A DNA stretch of 64,000 nt. Source: an uncultured Subdoligranulum sp. Lineage in GTDB: Bacteria; Bacillota; Clostridia; Christensenellales; CAG-314. The notes beneath the pieces are model-generated. The model worked only from the letters and a program-made list of their open reading frames with translations, was not told the origin of the DNA and did not search any database. The position numbers and the translations under genes are program-made. The stretch covers positions 40,769 to 104,768 of the forward strand of contig CABUZX010000002.1 of the NCBI GenBank assembly GCA_902496185.1. Reading direction: 5' to 3'. Of this stretch, positions 54,032 through 63,341 are shown piece after piece (positions within the stretch are counted from its first letter, which is position 1; each line of letters starts with the position of its first letter).

Positions 54032-54943
54032 GTGACAAAAGTAAAGATAAAAGCCATTGCGCTTTCGTTAATCATCTCCATTATTTCGGTTATGCTTATA
54101 GGCTGTGGCTCGCTTTTTGGCAAAAATTCAGATATTACGCGTTATAATACAAATATGGAGGCCTCGACAGGAAAATGGCTACTCTTTGACGAGGCGGATA
54201 CATATTTTGTTTTTGATGGATCCAAGGGTGTGATGACCTTCAGTTACTACGAGGACGGCGCCTTAAAATACAATGGTGGCTTTAGGTCGGTCTATAGAAG
54301 CTCGCCCGATGCAAATACCCCCCTGACTTTCATTATAACCAGAAGCGATAAGGCAAATGAGGACTGGATCAACTGCTACACCGAAAACCTTGAGGAGAGC
54401 TTTACACAGTTCAGCATCATTTGCGAGGAAGAAGATTTCGGTGTGACTGACGGAACGGTATATACCCATATATATCGAATAAGCGAAATGCCGTACAGAA
54501 TCGGAACGTACGTTTTAGAAGGCGAAGAGTATAAACCGTTTGACAAAACAGGATTTGACGATGGAGAATATCGTATTCCCGAGGGAACGTATGTAAGCGA
54601 GGGCGGTCAAAGCTTTACAATATTACCCCTAATAAATAGGAGCTATTTGCTTTTCAGCTACACCAACGGAGAAACCGTAGTCGAAGGGATATTCAATATT
54701 GCCGAGGACAAACGGACAATATATCTGTATATTGAGCACGATATATACCAAAAGGTAAAAAACTCTGACAAGAATAATTATGATACGACTTTCAGCTTAA
54801 ATTATCCCCCTGATTTCTATTTGAGAGGTAACTTTGACACCAATGACAACAGCCTTGTTATTAATGGCTTGTATCATCATTCAGAAAGTCCGACCAAAAT
54901 TGACGACTCTGTATGGACGTTTGGAACGTACGTAAAGCAGTAA
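54032..54943 (+). CDS. hypothetical lipoprotein
   Basis: GTG start behind AGAGAGGA, lipobox MLIGCGS, 303 aa. No motif recognised. Confidence 0.6.
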   Translation: MTKVKIKAIALSLIISIISVMLIGCGSLFGKNSDITRYNTNMEASTGKWLLFDEADTYFVFDGSKGVMTFSYYEDGALKYNGGFRSVYRSSPDANTPLTFIITRSDKANEDWINCYTENLEESFTQFSIICEEEDFGVTDGTVYTHIYRISEMPYRIGTYVLEGEEYKPFDKTGFDDGEYRIPEGTYVSEGGQSFTILPLINRSYLLFSYTNGETVVEGIFNIAEDKRTIYLYIEHDIYQKVKNSDKNNYDTTFSLNYPPDFYLRGNFDTNDNSLVINGLYHHSESPTKIDDSVWTFGTYVKQ

Positions 54944-55115
54944 TTGGAAATCCAGATGTTTTGTTGCTCGAGGTACATCGTTGACTTTATATTAATCCGT
55001 TGAACGATAAATTCAACCTAATGTTAAATTTGAAACAGTTTTCAAAAAACTCATCCGCATTTTGACCGAACTCATCCGTGTATCTTTTTACTGATTATTC
55101 CAAAAAAACCTTATA

Positions 55116-55280
55116 GGTATCGTTTTGCAAGGTTTGGGGCTGATAGAAGGTTACACCGTGTTAGAAAACGTAATGACGCCGTTACATTTTTCTAACGTAA
55201 AGTCTCGCCTTAAAAAGCAAGAATTGGCAATGCAAGCTTTGCAACGCGTTGGTATTTTAGAGCTTGCAAAAAATAAATAA
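55116..55280 (+). pseudogene. ABC-transporter ATPase fragment (Q-loop region only)
   Basis: Translation GIVLQGLGLIEGYTVLENVMTPLHF....QELAMQALQRVGILE matches the GFVFQ...L..LTVLENV..PL.....A...L..VGL segment. An in-frame TGA lies about 25 nt upstream. No Walker A, signature motif or usable start. Confidence 0.5.
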
Positions 55281-55332
55281 CAAAAATTTTAATAATGATA
55301 TAAAAACATAAAAAGATTTTTAAGAGGTGATT

Positions 55333-56346
55333 ATGACTAATTTTAAATATGCAATTTACGGCGCGGGATCGTTGGGAACGGTGCTTGGCGCTTTTATTAC
55401 AAAAAACGGCGGAACGGTTGATTTGATAAATCACAACAAAGCCCACGTAGACGCGCTTAATGCAAACGGCGCAAAAATAACGGGTACTGTAGATATGGTT
55501 GTACCCGTAAAAGCTATTACTCCCGACCAAATGAAGGAAAAGTACGACGTTATTTTGTTGCTTACCAAGCAGTTAAAAAACGCAAACGTCGTTAGAGTAC
55601 TTAAAGATTATCTTTCGCAAAAAGGCGTGTTGGTAACAATGCAAAACGGATTGCCAGAGCCAGAAATAGCAGAAATTATCGGCGCAGACAGGACAATGGG
55701 GTGCGTGGTAGAGTGGGGCGCAACGTTGGTTTCGCCCGGAGTATGTCAACTAACTAGTCAGCCGGACAGTTTGTCTTTTCATATGGGCAAAATGGCAGGA
55801 ATAACCCAAGAACAGTTTGATATGGTCAAAAACTTTTTGGAGTTGATGTGTCCCGTTTGCGAAGAAAAAAACCTAATGGGCGCGCGTTGGTCAAAACTGC
55901 TAATTAACGCAACTTTTTCCGGCTTGGGTACGGCTATCGGCGGTACTTTCGGTGACGTTGTGGGAGACAAAAAAGCCAAAAAAATAGCGGTACGTTGCAT
56001 AAAGGAATGTATCGACGTAGGTCGCGCAAACGGCGTAGAATTTGCTCCCGTTCAAGGCAAAAATATAGCAAAACTTTTTTATTACAAAAACGGTTTTAAG
56101 CGTTGGTTTGCAACTTTGCTGGTGCCAATTGCTATGAAAAAACACAAAAATATAGAGCCATCAATGTTGCAAGACCTCAAAAAAGGTAAGCCTTGCGAAA
56201 TTGACGCAATAAACGGCGTCGTTTGCTCGTTTGGCAAAAAAGCAGGAGTAAAAACTCCCATCAACGACCGTTTGGTCGAGATTATAAAAAAGATTCAAAA
56301 TGGAGAATTGAAACCAAGCAAGGAAAATTTAAAGTTTTTTGATTGA
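55333..56346 (+). CDS. panE: ketopantoate reductase (ApbA/PanE) family oxidoreductase
   Basis: N-terminal Rossmann motif IYGAGSLGTVLGAF and ApbA_C-like features (SMLQDL..GK..EID). ATG behind AAGAGGTGA. Confidence 0.6.
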   Translation: MTNFKYAIYGAGSLGTVLGAFITKNGGTVDLINHNKAHVDALNANGAKITGTVDMVVPVKAITPDQMKEKYDVILLLTKQLKNANVVRVLKDYLSQKGVLVTMQNGLPEPEIAEIIGADRTMGCVVEWGATLVSPGVCQLTSQPDSLSFHMGKMAGITQEQFDMVKNFLELMCPVCEEKNLMGARWSKLLINATFSGLGTAIGGTFGDVVGDKKAKKIAVRCIKECIDVGRANGVEFAPVQGKNIAKLFYYKNGFKRWFATLLVPIAMKKHKNIEPSMLQDLKKGKPCEIDAINGVVCSFGKKAGVKTPINDRLVEIIKKIQNGELKPSKENLKFFD

Positions 56347-56381
56347 GATTTGCGGTTGGTAAAGGCTTTTTGGAGGGATAA

Positions 56382-56699
56382 ATGAAAGAAATAAATATTT
56401 CTAACGCAACGGATTTGCCGAAAGAATTTTTTGACTGTTTGCAAGTGTGGCAAGAGGAGGCAAGTCGTATTTTGAACGATAATGAAATAAAGTGGTTTGC
56501 AAAATTGACTTCTACCACTTTTCGCTACGGAGAAAAGTATTACATCGTGTCGCCCCAAGACGTTTTTAGCGAAAATACCCTAAAAAACTGTCCGATAAAT
56601 TTTCTTTGCGCAGGCTTTGAAATTTTGCAAGATAAAATAACTTCGGATTTAAACGCACTCGGCGCTAAAAATATACGCAATTGGGGTTTTTTGGATTAA
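56382..56699 (+). CDS. hypothetical protein
   Basis: 105-aa ORF behind GGAGGGATAA. No motif. Confidence 0.45.
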   Translation: MKEINISNATDLPKEFFDCLQVWQEEASRILNDNEIKWFAKLTSTTFRYGEKYYIVSPQDVFSENTLKNCPINFLCAGFEILQDKITSDLNALGAKNIRNWGFLD

Positions 56700-56765
56700 T
56701 AACAACAAAAAATAAAGAGCAAGTACGGTTTACCGTAACTGCTCTTTTTGTTTTAATATTTCAAT

Positions 56766-57260
56766 TTATACCAATGCAGAAATTATCAAAAGCGCTGCAA
56801 CATGGCAACAAAGAACGGTTGCAACCAAAAATCCAAAAGCAACCAGCAATTTTAAGCCAACGTTTTTTATTTTGCTTGATATGGTGACGTTTAAAGTGGC
56901 AAAAATACCGCCTATGACGCCTCCCATTGCGCCTCCGACCATTGGAAATATTGTTACAAGCGTAACGCTGTTGCCCCAAACGGCAGGCAACGCAATCATA
57001 AATATAGAAAAAAACCAAACGTACCAAGGTGCTTTAGGTAGGATTTGAATAATTTCTTCATTGATTTTGAGTGAAACACCCAACATTGAGTTTCCTTTAA
57101 TTTCAAAAGTAATAGATTGCTCTCCACGTACGTGTTGATAAACTTTTCTTTTGATTTTTGTCAAAGGGACGCCGTTTAGGCTGAGCGATTGTTTATCCGA
57201 CCAAAAACTTTCATTATATGTAATAGTGCCGTATTTTTCGTGTTTAAAATCAACTTGCAT
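56766..57260 (-). CDS. hypothetical membrane protein
   Basis: 164 aa. Soluble N-terminal domain, then 3-4 TM helices with a Gly-rich segment (GGAMGGVIGGIF). RBS AAGGAGAA. Confidence 0.55.
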   Translation of the reverse strand: MQVDFKHEKYGTITYNESFWSDKQSLSLNGVPLTKIKRKVYQHVRGEQSITFEIKGNSMLGVSLKINEEIIQILPKAPWYVWFFSIFMIALPAVWGNSVTLVTIFPMVGGAMGGVIGGIFATLNVTISSKIKNVGLKLLVAFGFLVATVLCCHVAALLIISALV

Positions 57261-57392
57261 AATTTTCTCCTTGTGTTTTAAATTATATCATAATTTTTAA
57301 TTAGCGTGATACTAAAATATACTATTTTATAATATTATACAAATTTGTATTTGTCAAGCATTTTTAATACATTTTTGTATAATATGAATTGT

Positions 57393-57605
57393 ATGGAGTA
57401 CAGTTTTCGTCACAATAAAATTGCAGAATTGAGAAAAATGCAAAATCTTTCACAGCAACAACTTGCACAAGCCGTAGGTACAAGTCAAGCAAATCTTTCG
57501 CGTTGGGAGCAAGGTTTAAATGAGCCTGGTATTATCGAGTGTTGGAAGTTAGCAGATTTTTTTGACGTAAGCATTGATATTTTGTGCGGACGTAAAGAAT
57601 ATTAA
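57393..57605 (+). CDS. XRE-family HTH regulator
   Basis: IAELRKMQNLSQQQLAQAVGTSQANLSRWEQG. The start is uncertain (ATG 57384 or 57393), and a TGTATAAT box immediately upstream suggests a very short leader. Confidence 0.7.
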   Translation: MEYSFRHNKIAELRKMQNLSQQQLAQAVGTSQANLSRWEQGLNEPGIIECWKLADFFDVSIDILCGRKEY

Positions 57606-57776
57606 ATATTTGCAAAAACAACAATAGGGGAGTCGCTCTTTTCTTTTCGTAGGGAATAGCGACAATATAGCCTTGTTTTAAATTATAACTGTTTTTACTT
57701 AATCTTTTGTGGACAAAAAAGCACACTATATTTAGCAATTTGCAAAATATAGTGTGCTATATTTTTATTTTGAGCT

Positions 57777-57977
57777 TTAGTTTTTTATAAACTCAACAAC
57801 GTCTTCTATTTTGCAATCCAAAAAGGAACAAATTTTATCAAGCGTTTTCATTTCAATATTTTGGTTTGCTTTTAATCTACGAATTGTTTTGCTGTCTATG
57901 CCACATTCTTCTCTAAGCCTATAAGTAGAAACGCCCTTTTTATCCATTGTTGAAAATAATCTTTCAAATTTAAACAT
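57777..57977 (-). CDS. small Cro/CI-type HTH protein (YozG-like)
   Basis: 66 aa. MDKKGVSTYRLREECGIDSKTIRRLKANQNIEMKTLDKIC. RBS TAGGAGGT. Confidence 0.7.
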   Translation of the reverse strand: MFKFERLFSTMDKKGVSTYRLREECGIDSKTIRRLKANQNIEMKTLDKICSFLDCKIEDVVEFIKN

Positions 57978-57993
57978 TTTAACCTCCTAAATA

Positions 57994-58022
57994 TTGACAT
58001 TTAATATTATGGGGGTTATAAT
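57994..58022 (+). promoter_or_regulatory. consensus sigma-70 promoter (TTGACA-17-TATAAT)
   Basis: Perfect hexamers in the divergent intergenic region. Confidence 0.5.
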
Positions 58023-58034
58023 CTTTTTTATTAA

Positions 58035-58049
58035 GGGGATATAATCCCC
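58035..58049. promoter_or_regulatory. palindrome GGGGATataATCCCC (candidate operator)
   Basis: Just downstream of the -10 box. A related half-site, GGGGTTATAATC, overlaps the -10. Confidence 0.35.
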
Positions 58050-58073
58050 AATTTGGTGAGGAAAAAAATTTTT

Positions 58074-58316
58074 ATGGAATTATGGAGAGAGTTGTTGATA
58101 AATGGTTTGCAAAACGAAAATAACAAGTTTGATTTTATAAACGATAAAACCTTAAGTGAGATATTGAAAAATGAATGTTACAAAGTTTTACTACAAATTA
58201 AACAAACCATTGAAGATGAAAGGTTGTCAGATGAAGACTGCTTTATTAAAATTGAAGAAATTATGGGCGTGTTAGAAGAAAATAATATATTTTGTAATAG
58301 ACACGATTTTGCTTAA
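58074..58316 (+). CDS. small hypothetical protein (80 aa, acidic, helical)
   Basis: ATG behind GGTGAGGAAAAA. No motif. Confidence 0.45.
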   Translation: MELWRELLINGLQNENNKFDFINDKTLSEILKNECYKVLLQIKQTIEDERLSDEDCFIKIEEIMGVLEENNIFCNRHDFA

Positions 58317-58387
58317 GGATTTATTAATGTGACTTTTTGTATCGGTTAGTATTTTGTGGGCAAAAAAGCACACTATATTTTTATTTT

Positions 58388-60541
58388 TTAATCAATTATC
58401 ATTGTAAGCTGAATTCGTTTCTTTTGCAAGTCTACGCTAAGTACTTTTACTTGTACTATATCGTTTACTTTAACAACGTCTAATGGATGTTTAACAAATT
58501 TCTTTTTGGATAGTTGCGAGATATGTACCAATCCGTCTTGATGTACGCCGATATCAACAAATACGCCAAAGTCGATAACGTTGCGTACCGTTCCGTTGAG
58601 AACCATACCTTCTTTCAAGTCTTTCATTTCTAAAACGTCGTGTTTAAGAATAGGCTGAGGCATTTCGTCGCGTGGATCGCGAGCAGGCTTTTCCAACTCT
58701 GCAACAATATCTCTAAGAGTAATTTCACCTACGTCAAGTTCGTTTGCTAATTTTGAAAAGTTACCTATAGTTTTGGAAAGCCCTGCAAGATTTCCTCCCG
58801 CAATATTTTCTGCAGAAACGTGTTGTTTTTTTAATAGTTTCAAAGTGGCTTCGTAACTTTCAGGATGGACGGCAGTTGCGTCAAGGGGGTTATCTCCGCC
58901 GGTTATGCGTAAAAATCCGGCGCATTGTTCAAAGGCTTTTTCGCCAAGTTTATCTACTTTAAGCAACTGTTTTCTATTAGAAAATTTACCATGTTTTTCG
59001 CGGTAGGCAACGATATTTTTGGCTATAGATGCGTTGATTCCCGAAATATAGGTCAAAAGCGGGGCAGACGCGGTATTAAGGTCAACGCCAACTTTGTTTA
59101 CGCAGTATTCTACAACGCCGTTTAATGTTTCGCCAAGTTTCTTTTGGTTCATATCGTGTTGGTATTGTCCAACGCCGATAGATTTGGGGTCGATTTTAAC
59201 AAGTTCTGCAAGAGGGTCTTGCAAACGGCGAGCAATAGATGTTGCGCTACGTTGCCCAACGTCAAACGCAGGAAATTCTTCCGTTGCGAGCTTGCTTGCC
59301 GAGTAAACTGAAGCGCCTGCTTCGTTTACTATTACGTATTGAACGGGCAAATTAGTTTCTTTTATCAGTTCGCAAATAATTTGTTCGCTCTCACGACTTG
59401 CCGTGCCGTTGCCAAGAGAAATAAGGCTTACGCCGTACTTTTCAATAAGTTGCTTTAGGGTAGATTTTGCTTGAGCAATTTTTTGCGGTGTAGTAGGAGC
59501 GGTGGGATAGATGACGGTTGTATCCAATACCTTGCCAGTTGCGTCAACAACTGCAAGTTTGCATCCTGTGCGGAAGGCTGGGTCCCAACCTAATACGACG
59601 TGACCGCTGATGGGCGGTTGCATTAGGAGTTGTTCAAGGTTTTTGCCAAACACGCTTATTGCGCCTTCTTCGGCTTTTTCTGTTAAAGCATTGCGAATTT
59701 CCGTTGCAATAGACGGGGCAATGAGACGTGAGTAACTGTCTTGAATAGATTGTTTAAGTATTGGCGACGTGATGGGATTGTCTTTTTTAATTACTTGTGA
59801 TTCAAGATATTCCAAAATTTGGTCTTCTGGAGCAACGATTTTTACAACGAGTATTTTTTCCTTTTCGCCACGATTGACTGCAAGAATACGGTGTCCTGTA
59901 ATTTTTAAGATAGGTTCTTCGTAATTGTAATAGTTGTCGTAGACTGTTTTTTCGTCGGGTTTTTTTGCCGTTGAGCAAATTTTGCCAAGATTAAAGGTTA
60001 TATCGCGAATTACTTTGCGATAGTCAGCGTCATCTGAAATAAATTCAGCAATGATATCCATTGCTCCTTGCAAAGCGTCTTTAACTGACTTTACGCCCTT
60101 TTCGACATCAACGTAGGGCAAGGCAAGTTCCTCTACGTTTTTGTCCGTTTGTTGCAAAAGTATAAGGTTGGCAAGTGGCTCAAGCCCTTGTTCTTTTGCT
60201 ATTGTTGCGCGAGTGCGACGTTTGGGGCGATAGGGGCGATAAAGGTCGTCAACGGCAACTTGTGTTTCTGCAGAAACTATTGCTTGACGTAGCTCGTCGG
60301 TAAGTTTGCCTTGTTCGGCAATGCTTTTTAAAACTTGTTCCTTCTTTTCTTCCAAATTGCGCAAGTATTGCAATCTTTCTGAAAGCTTGCGCAGTTGTTC
60401 GTCGTCAAGCGCACCCGTTGCCTCTTTGCGGTAACGAGAGATAAAAGGAATTGTATTTCCTTCGTCAATAAGCGCTACTGCTGCATCTACTTGCCATTTT
60501 TGAACGTCAAGTTCTTGGCAAATCTTTTTGTTTATATCCAT
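58388..60541 (-). CDS. tex: Tex-like transcription accessory protein (YqgF/HhH/S1 domains)
   Basis: 717 aa. The N-terminus, I..EL....WQV.AA..L.DEGNTIPFI.RYRKE, is characteristic, and there is a C-terminal S1 domain (G.V.N...FG.FVDIG...DGL.HIS). Confidence 0.9.
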   Translation of the reverse strand: MDINKKICQELDVQKWQVDAAVALIDEGNTIPFISRYRKEATGALDDEQLRKLSERLQYLRNLEEKKEQVLKSIAEQGKLTDELRQAIVSAETQVAVDDLYRPYRPKRRTRATIAKEQGLEPLANLILLQQTDKNVEELALPYVDVEKGVKSVKDALQGAMDIIAEFISDDADYRKVIRDITFNLGKICSTAKKPDEKTVYDNYYNYEEPILKITGHRILAVNRGEKEKILVVKIVAPEDQILEYLESQVIKKDNPITSPILKQSIQDSYSRLIAPSIATEIRNALTEKAEEGAISVFGKNLEQLLMQPPISGHVVLGWDPAFRTGCKLAVVDATGKVLDTTVIYPTAPTTPQKIAQAKSTLKQLIEKYGVSLISLGNGTASRESEQIICELIKETNLPVQYVIVNEAGASVYSASKLATEEFPAFDVGQRSATSIARRLQDPLAELVKIDPKSIGVGQYQHDMNQKKLGETLNGVVEYCVNKVGVDLNTASAPLLTYISGINASIAKNIVAYREKHGKFSNRKQLLKVDKLGEKAFEQCAGFLRITGGDNPLDATAVHPESYEATLKLLKKQHVSAENIAGGNLAGLSKTIGNFSKLANELDVGEITLRDIVAELEKPARDPRDEMPQPILKHDVLEMKDLKEGMVLNGTVRNVIDFGVFVDIGVHQDGLVHISQLSKKKFVKHPLDVVKVNDIVQVKVLSVDLQKKRIQLTMIID

Positions 60542-60780
60542 GGATAATTTCTCCCTGTGACAAATTTTAGTGAATAGTATTATACATTAAATATGTTATT
60601 TTTGCAATCTGTATCGAATATTTTTTGTGCTTGAATAATATTTTTTAAAAAAAATATATAATACTGTTGTTTATATGGTTTATAATCAAATTAAGAAAAA
60701 ACCGTGATTTTTTTACGGCTTTTTTTATGCTTTGTAAAAGATTTTTCAAGAGTTTCTAAAATTATAATAAATTAACTCAA

Positions 60781-60798
60781 ACCACAATATGCTGTGGT
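60781..60798. promoter_or_regulatory. NrdR-box-like palindrome 1
   Basis: ACCACAATATGCTGTGGT resembles the NrdR box (acaCwAtATaTwGtgt). Confidence 0.55.
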
Positions 60799-60813
60799 TT
60801 GCCTAAAAAAATT

Positions 60814-60829
60814 TCACAAAATATTGTGT
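60814..60829. promoter_or_regulatory. NrdR-box-like palindrome 2
   Basis: TCACAAAATATTGTGT lies about 32 bp (centre to centre) from box 1, just upstream of the -35 box. Confidence 0.55.
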
Positions 60830-60838
60830 TTAAAATAG

Positions 60839-60867
60839 TTGACAAAAATTTATTAGTACTGCATAAT
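60839..60867 (+). promoter_or_regulatory. sigma-70-like promoter (TTGACA-17-CATAAT) of nrdD
   Basis: Hexamers with a 17-nt spacer, about 80 nt upstream of the ATG. Confidence 0.55.
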
Positions 60868-60948
60868 GTTTTTATAATAAAAATTTGTGCGGGCAAAATA
60901 GAGTTGGGGGGCTTGAAATTGCTTTTTGCACCAAAGAAGGAGTAAATT

Positions 60949-63327
60949 ATGTTTAAAGTCAAAAAAAGAGACGGCGCTATTATCGATTTTGATTTGTCAA
61001 AAATTAGGGACGCTGTAGAAAAGGCGTTTGTTGCTTCCGATGTCAACTATACGGAAGATATGTTGGACACTATCGCTCTCAAAGTCACCTCCCAGTTTAA
61101 CAACAAGATACAGGGCGGAGTTATTTCGGTTGAAGATATTCAAGACTCGGTAGAAGTCGTATTGATTCAATCCGGTTTTGTCGAGGTATCAAAGGCTTAC
61201 ATCTTGTACCGTAAGCAACACGAAAAAATGCGTAATATGAAATCCACGATAGTGGACTACGCAGATACCGTAAACAATTATCTCAAAATCAACGATTGGC
61301 GCGTTAAGGAAAACAGTACCGTTACTTACAGCGTGGGCGGACTTATTTTGTCCAACAGTGGCGCTATTACGGCAAACTATTGGTTGAGTGAAGTTTACGA
61401 CGACGAAATAGAGCAAGCTCACCGCAACGCCGACATACATATACACGATTTGTCTATGTTGACGGGTTATTGCGCGGGTTGGTCGCTCAAGCAACTCATT
61501 AAGGAAGGTCTTGGCGGTATTCCCGGCAAAATTACCAGTTCGCCGGCAAGCCACCTTTCTACGCTTTGCAACCAGATGGTAAACTTTTTGGGTATTATGC
61601 AAAACGAATGGGCAGGAGCGCAGGCTTTTTCGTCCTTTGATACTTATCTTGCGCCATTTGTAAAGGTAGACAACTTGTCTTATAAAGAAGTCAAACAATG
61701 TATTCAGTCCTTTATTTACGGAGTAAACACTCCCAGCCGTTGGGGCACGCAAGCGCCCTTTACTAATATCACCTTGGACTGGGTTGTACCTAACGACTTG
61801 GCGGAACTTAACGCAATCGTAGGTGGAGTGGAGCAGGACTTTAAATATAAAGACTGTGTTGCCGAAATGGCAATGATAAACAAAGCTTTTATCGAAATCA
61901 TGATAGAAGGCGACGCCAACGGCAGAGGTTTTCAATACCCCATACCTACTTACAGCATCACCCGTGACTTTGATTGGTCCGAGACGGAAAATAATAAGTT
62001 GTTGTTTGAAATGACGGCAAAGTACGGTACTCCGTATTTTTCCAACTACATCAACAGTGATATGGAGCCGAGCGACGTTCGCAGTATGTGCTGTCGTTTG
62101 CGCCTTGACTTAAGAGAACTACGCAAAAAGAGTGGTGGTTTCTTTGGTAGTGGCGAGTCTACGGGTAGTATTGGCGTAGTTACTCTCAATATGCCTCGTA
62201 TTGCGTATTTGTCAAGTACGGAAAAAGAGTTTTACGCCCGTTTGGAAAAATTGATGAATATTTCCGCGCGCAGTCTCAAGATAAAGCGCGACGTTATTAC
62301 AAAACTTTTGAACGAAGGTTTATATCCTTATACAAAACGTTATTTGGGTAGTTTTGACAATCACTTTTCTACTATTGGTCTCGTCGGTATGAACGAAGCT
62401 TGTCTTAATGCAAAGTGGTTGCAAGCTGACTTGACAAACGCAAAAAGTCAAGCGTTTACGAAAGACGTGCTCAACTTTATGCGCAACAAGCTCAGCGATT
62501 ATCAAGAAAAGTACGGAAGTTTGTACAATTTGGAAGCAACACCAGCTGAGTCTACTTCTTATAGACTTGCAAAGCACGACAAAAACCGTTATCCCGACAT
62601 CATTACGGCAAGCGAAGGCAAGAGCAACGTGCCTTACTATACCAACAGCTCGCACTTACCCGTATGGTTTACCGAAGACATCTTTACTGCGTTGGATATT
62701 CAGGACGAATTGCAAACTCTCTATACGAGCGGTACGGTTTTCCACGCGTTTTTGGGACAAAAGATGGACGACTGGCGTTCTGCTGCAAATCTCGTCAGAA
62801 AAATTGCGGAAAATTACCGTTTGCCTTACTATACCTTAAGCCCGACTTACAGTGTATGTCAGGACCACGGCTATATAGTTGGGGAAGTTTACAATTGTCC
62901 GACTTGCGGTAAAAAGACGGAGGTTTATAGTAGAATTACAGGGTATTACCGTCCCGTTCAAAACTGGAACGACGGCAAAACCCAAGAATTTAAGGAAAGA
63001 AAGACTTACGACGTAGCAAATTCCGTTTTGCATCATAATGGTGTTTTAGGTGCGGAAGAAGATTGTCTTGCTTGCGAATCCGCGCAACAACTTGACTGTT
63101 TGACGTTGTTTACTACTCCGACTTGCCCCAATTGCAAAATGGCAAAGCAAATTTTGGATAAGGCAGGCGTGGCTTACAAGGTAGTGGACGCAGTAGCCGA
63201 AAAGGAAAAGGCAATCAAGTACGGCGTAAGCAAAGCTCCTACTTTGTTGGTGCCTACTACCGACGGGGTGGAAAGATACGACAACGCAAGTCTCATTAAA
63301 AAATACGTAGAAACTAAAATCAACTAA
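60949..63327 (+). CDS. nrdD: anaerobic ribonucleoside-triphosphate reductase (class III) with a fused C-terminal thioredoxin-fold domain
   Basis: ATP-cone N-terminus (VKKRDG....FD..KI), Zn ribbon CPTCG and glycyl-radical motif SRITGYYRPV. An extra C-terminal extension of about 100 aa ends in a redoxin-like domain of about 77 aa with TCPNC and APTLLV. Confidence 0.9.
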   Translation: MFKVKKRDGAIIDFDLSKIRDAVEKAFVASDVNYTEDMLDTIALKVTSQFNNKIQGGVISVEDIQDSVEVVLIQSGFVEVSKAYILYRKQHEKMRNMKSTIVDYADTVNNYLKINDWRVKENSTVTYSVGGLILSNSGAITANYWLSEVYDDEIEQAHRNADIHIHDLSMLTGYCAGWSLKQLIKEGLGGIPGKITSSPASHLSTLCNQMVNFLGIMQNEWAGAQAFSSFDTYLAPFVKVDNLSYKEVKQCIQSFIYGVNTPSRWGTQAPFTNITLDWVVPNDLAELNAIVGGVEQDFKYKDCVAEMAMINKAFIEIMIEGDANGRGFQYPIPTYSITRDFDWSETENNKLLFEMTAKYGTPYFSNYINSDMEPSDVRSMCCRLRLDLRELRKKSGGFFGSGESTGSIGVVTLNMPRIAYLSSTEKEFYARLEKLMNISARSLKIKRDVITKLLNEGLYPYTKRYLGSFDNHFSTIGLVGMNEACLNAKWLQADLTNAKSQAFTKDVLNFMRNKLSDYQEKYGSLYNLEATPAESTSYRLAKHDKNRYPDIITASEGKSNVPYYTNSSHLPVWFTEDIFTALDIQDELQTLYTSGTVFHAFLGQKMDDWRSAANLVRKIAENYRLPYYTLSPTYSVCQDHGYIVGEVYNCPTCGKKTEVYSRITGYYRPVQNWNDGKTQEFKERKTYDVANSVLHHNGVLGAEEDCLACESAQQLDCLTLFTTPTCPNCKMAKQILDKAGVAYKVVDAVAEKEKAIKYGVSKAPTLLVPTTDGVERYDNASLIKKYVETKIN

Positions 63328-63341
63328 CACAAGGGGTAATA

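Noticed and set aside
60631-60730. Possible small RNA between tex and nrdD (TATAAT-like boxes followed by the CCGTgatttttttACGG hairpin and a T-run)
   Set aside because: No -35/-10 pair with acceptable spacing could be found, and the hairpin stem is only 4 bp. This is insufficient evidence.
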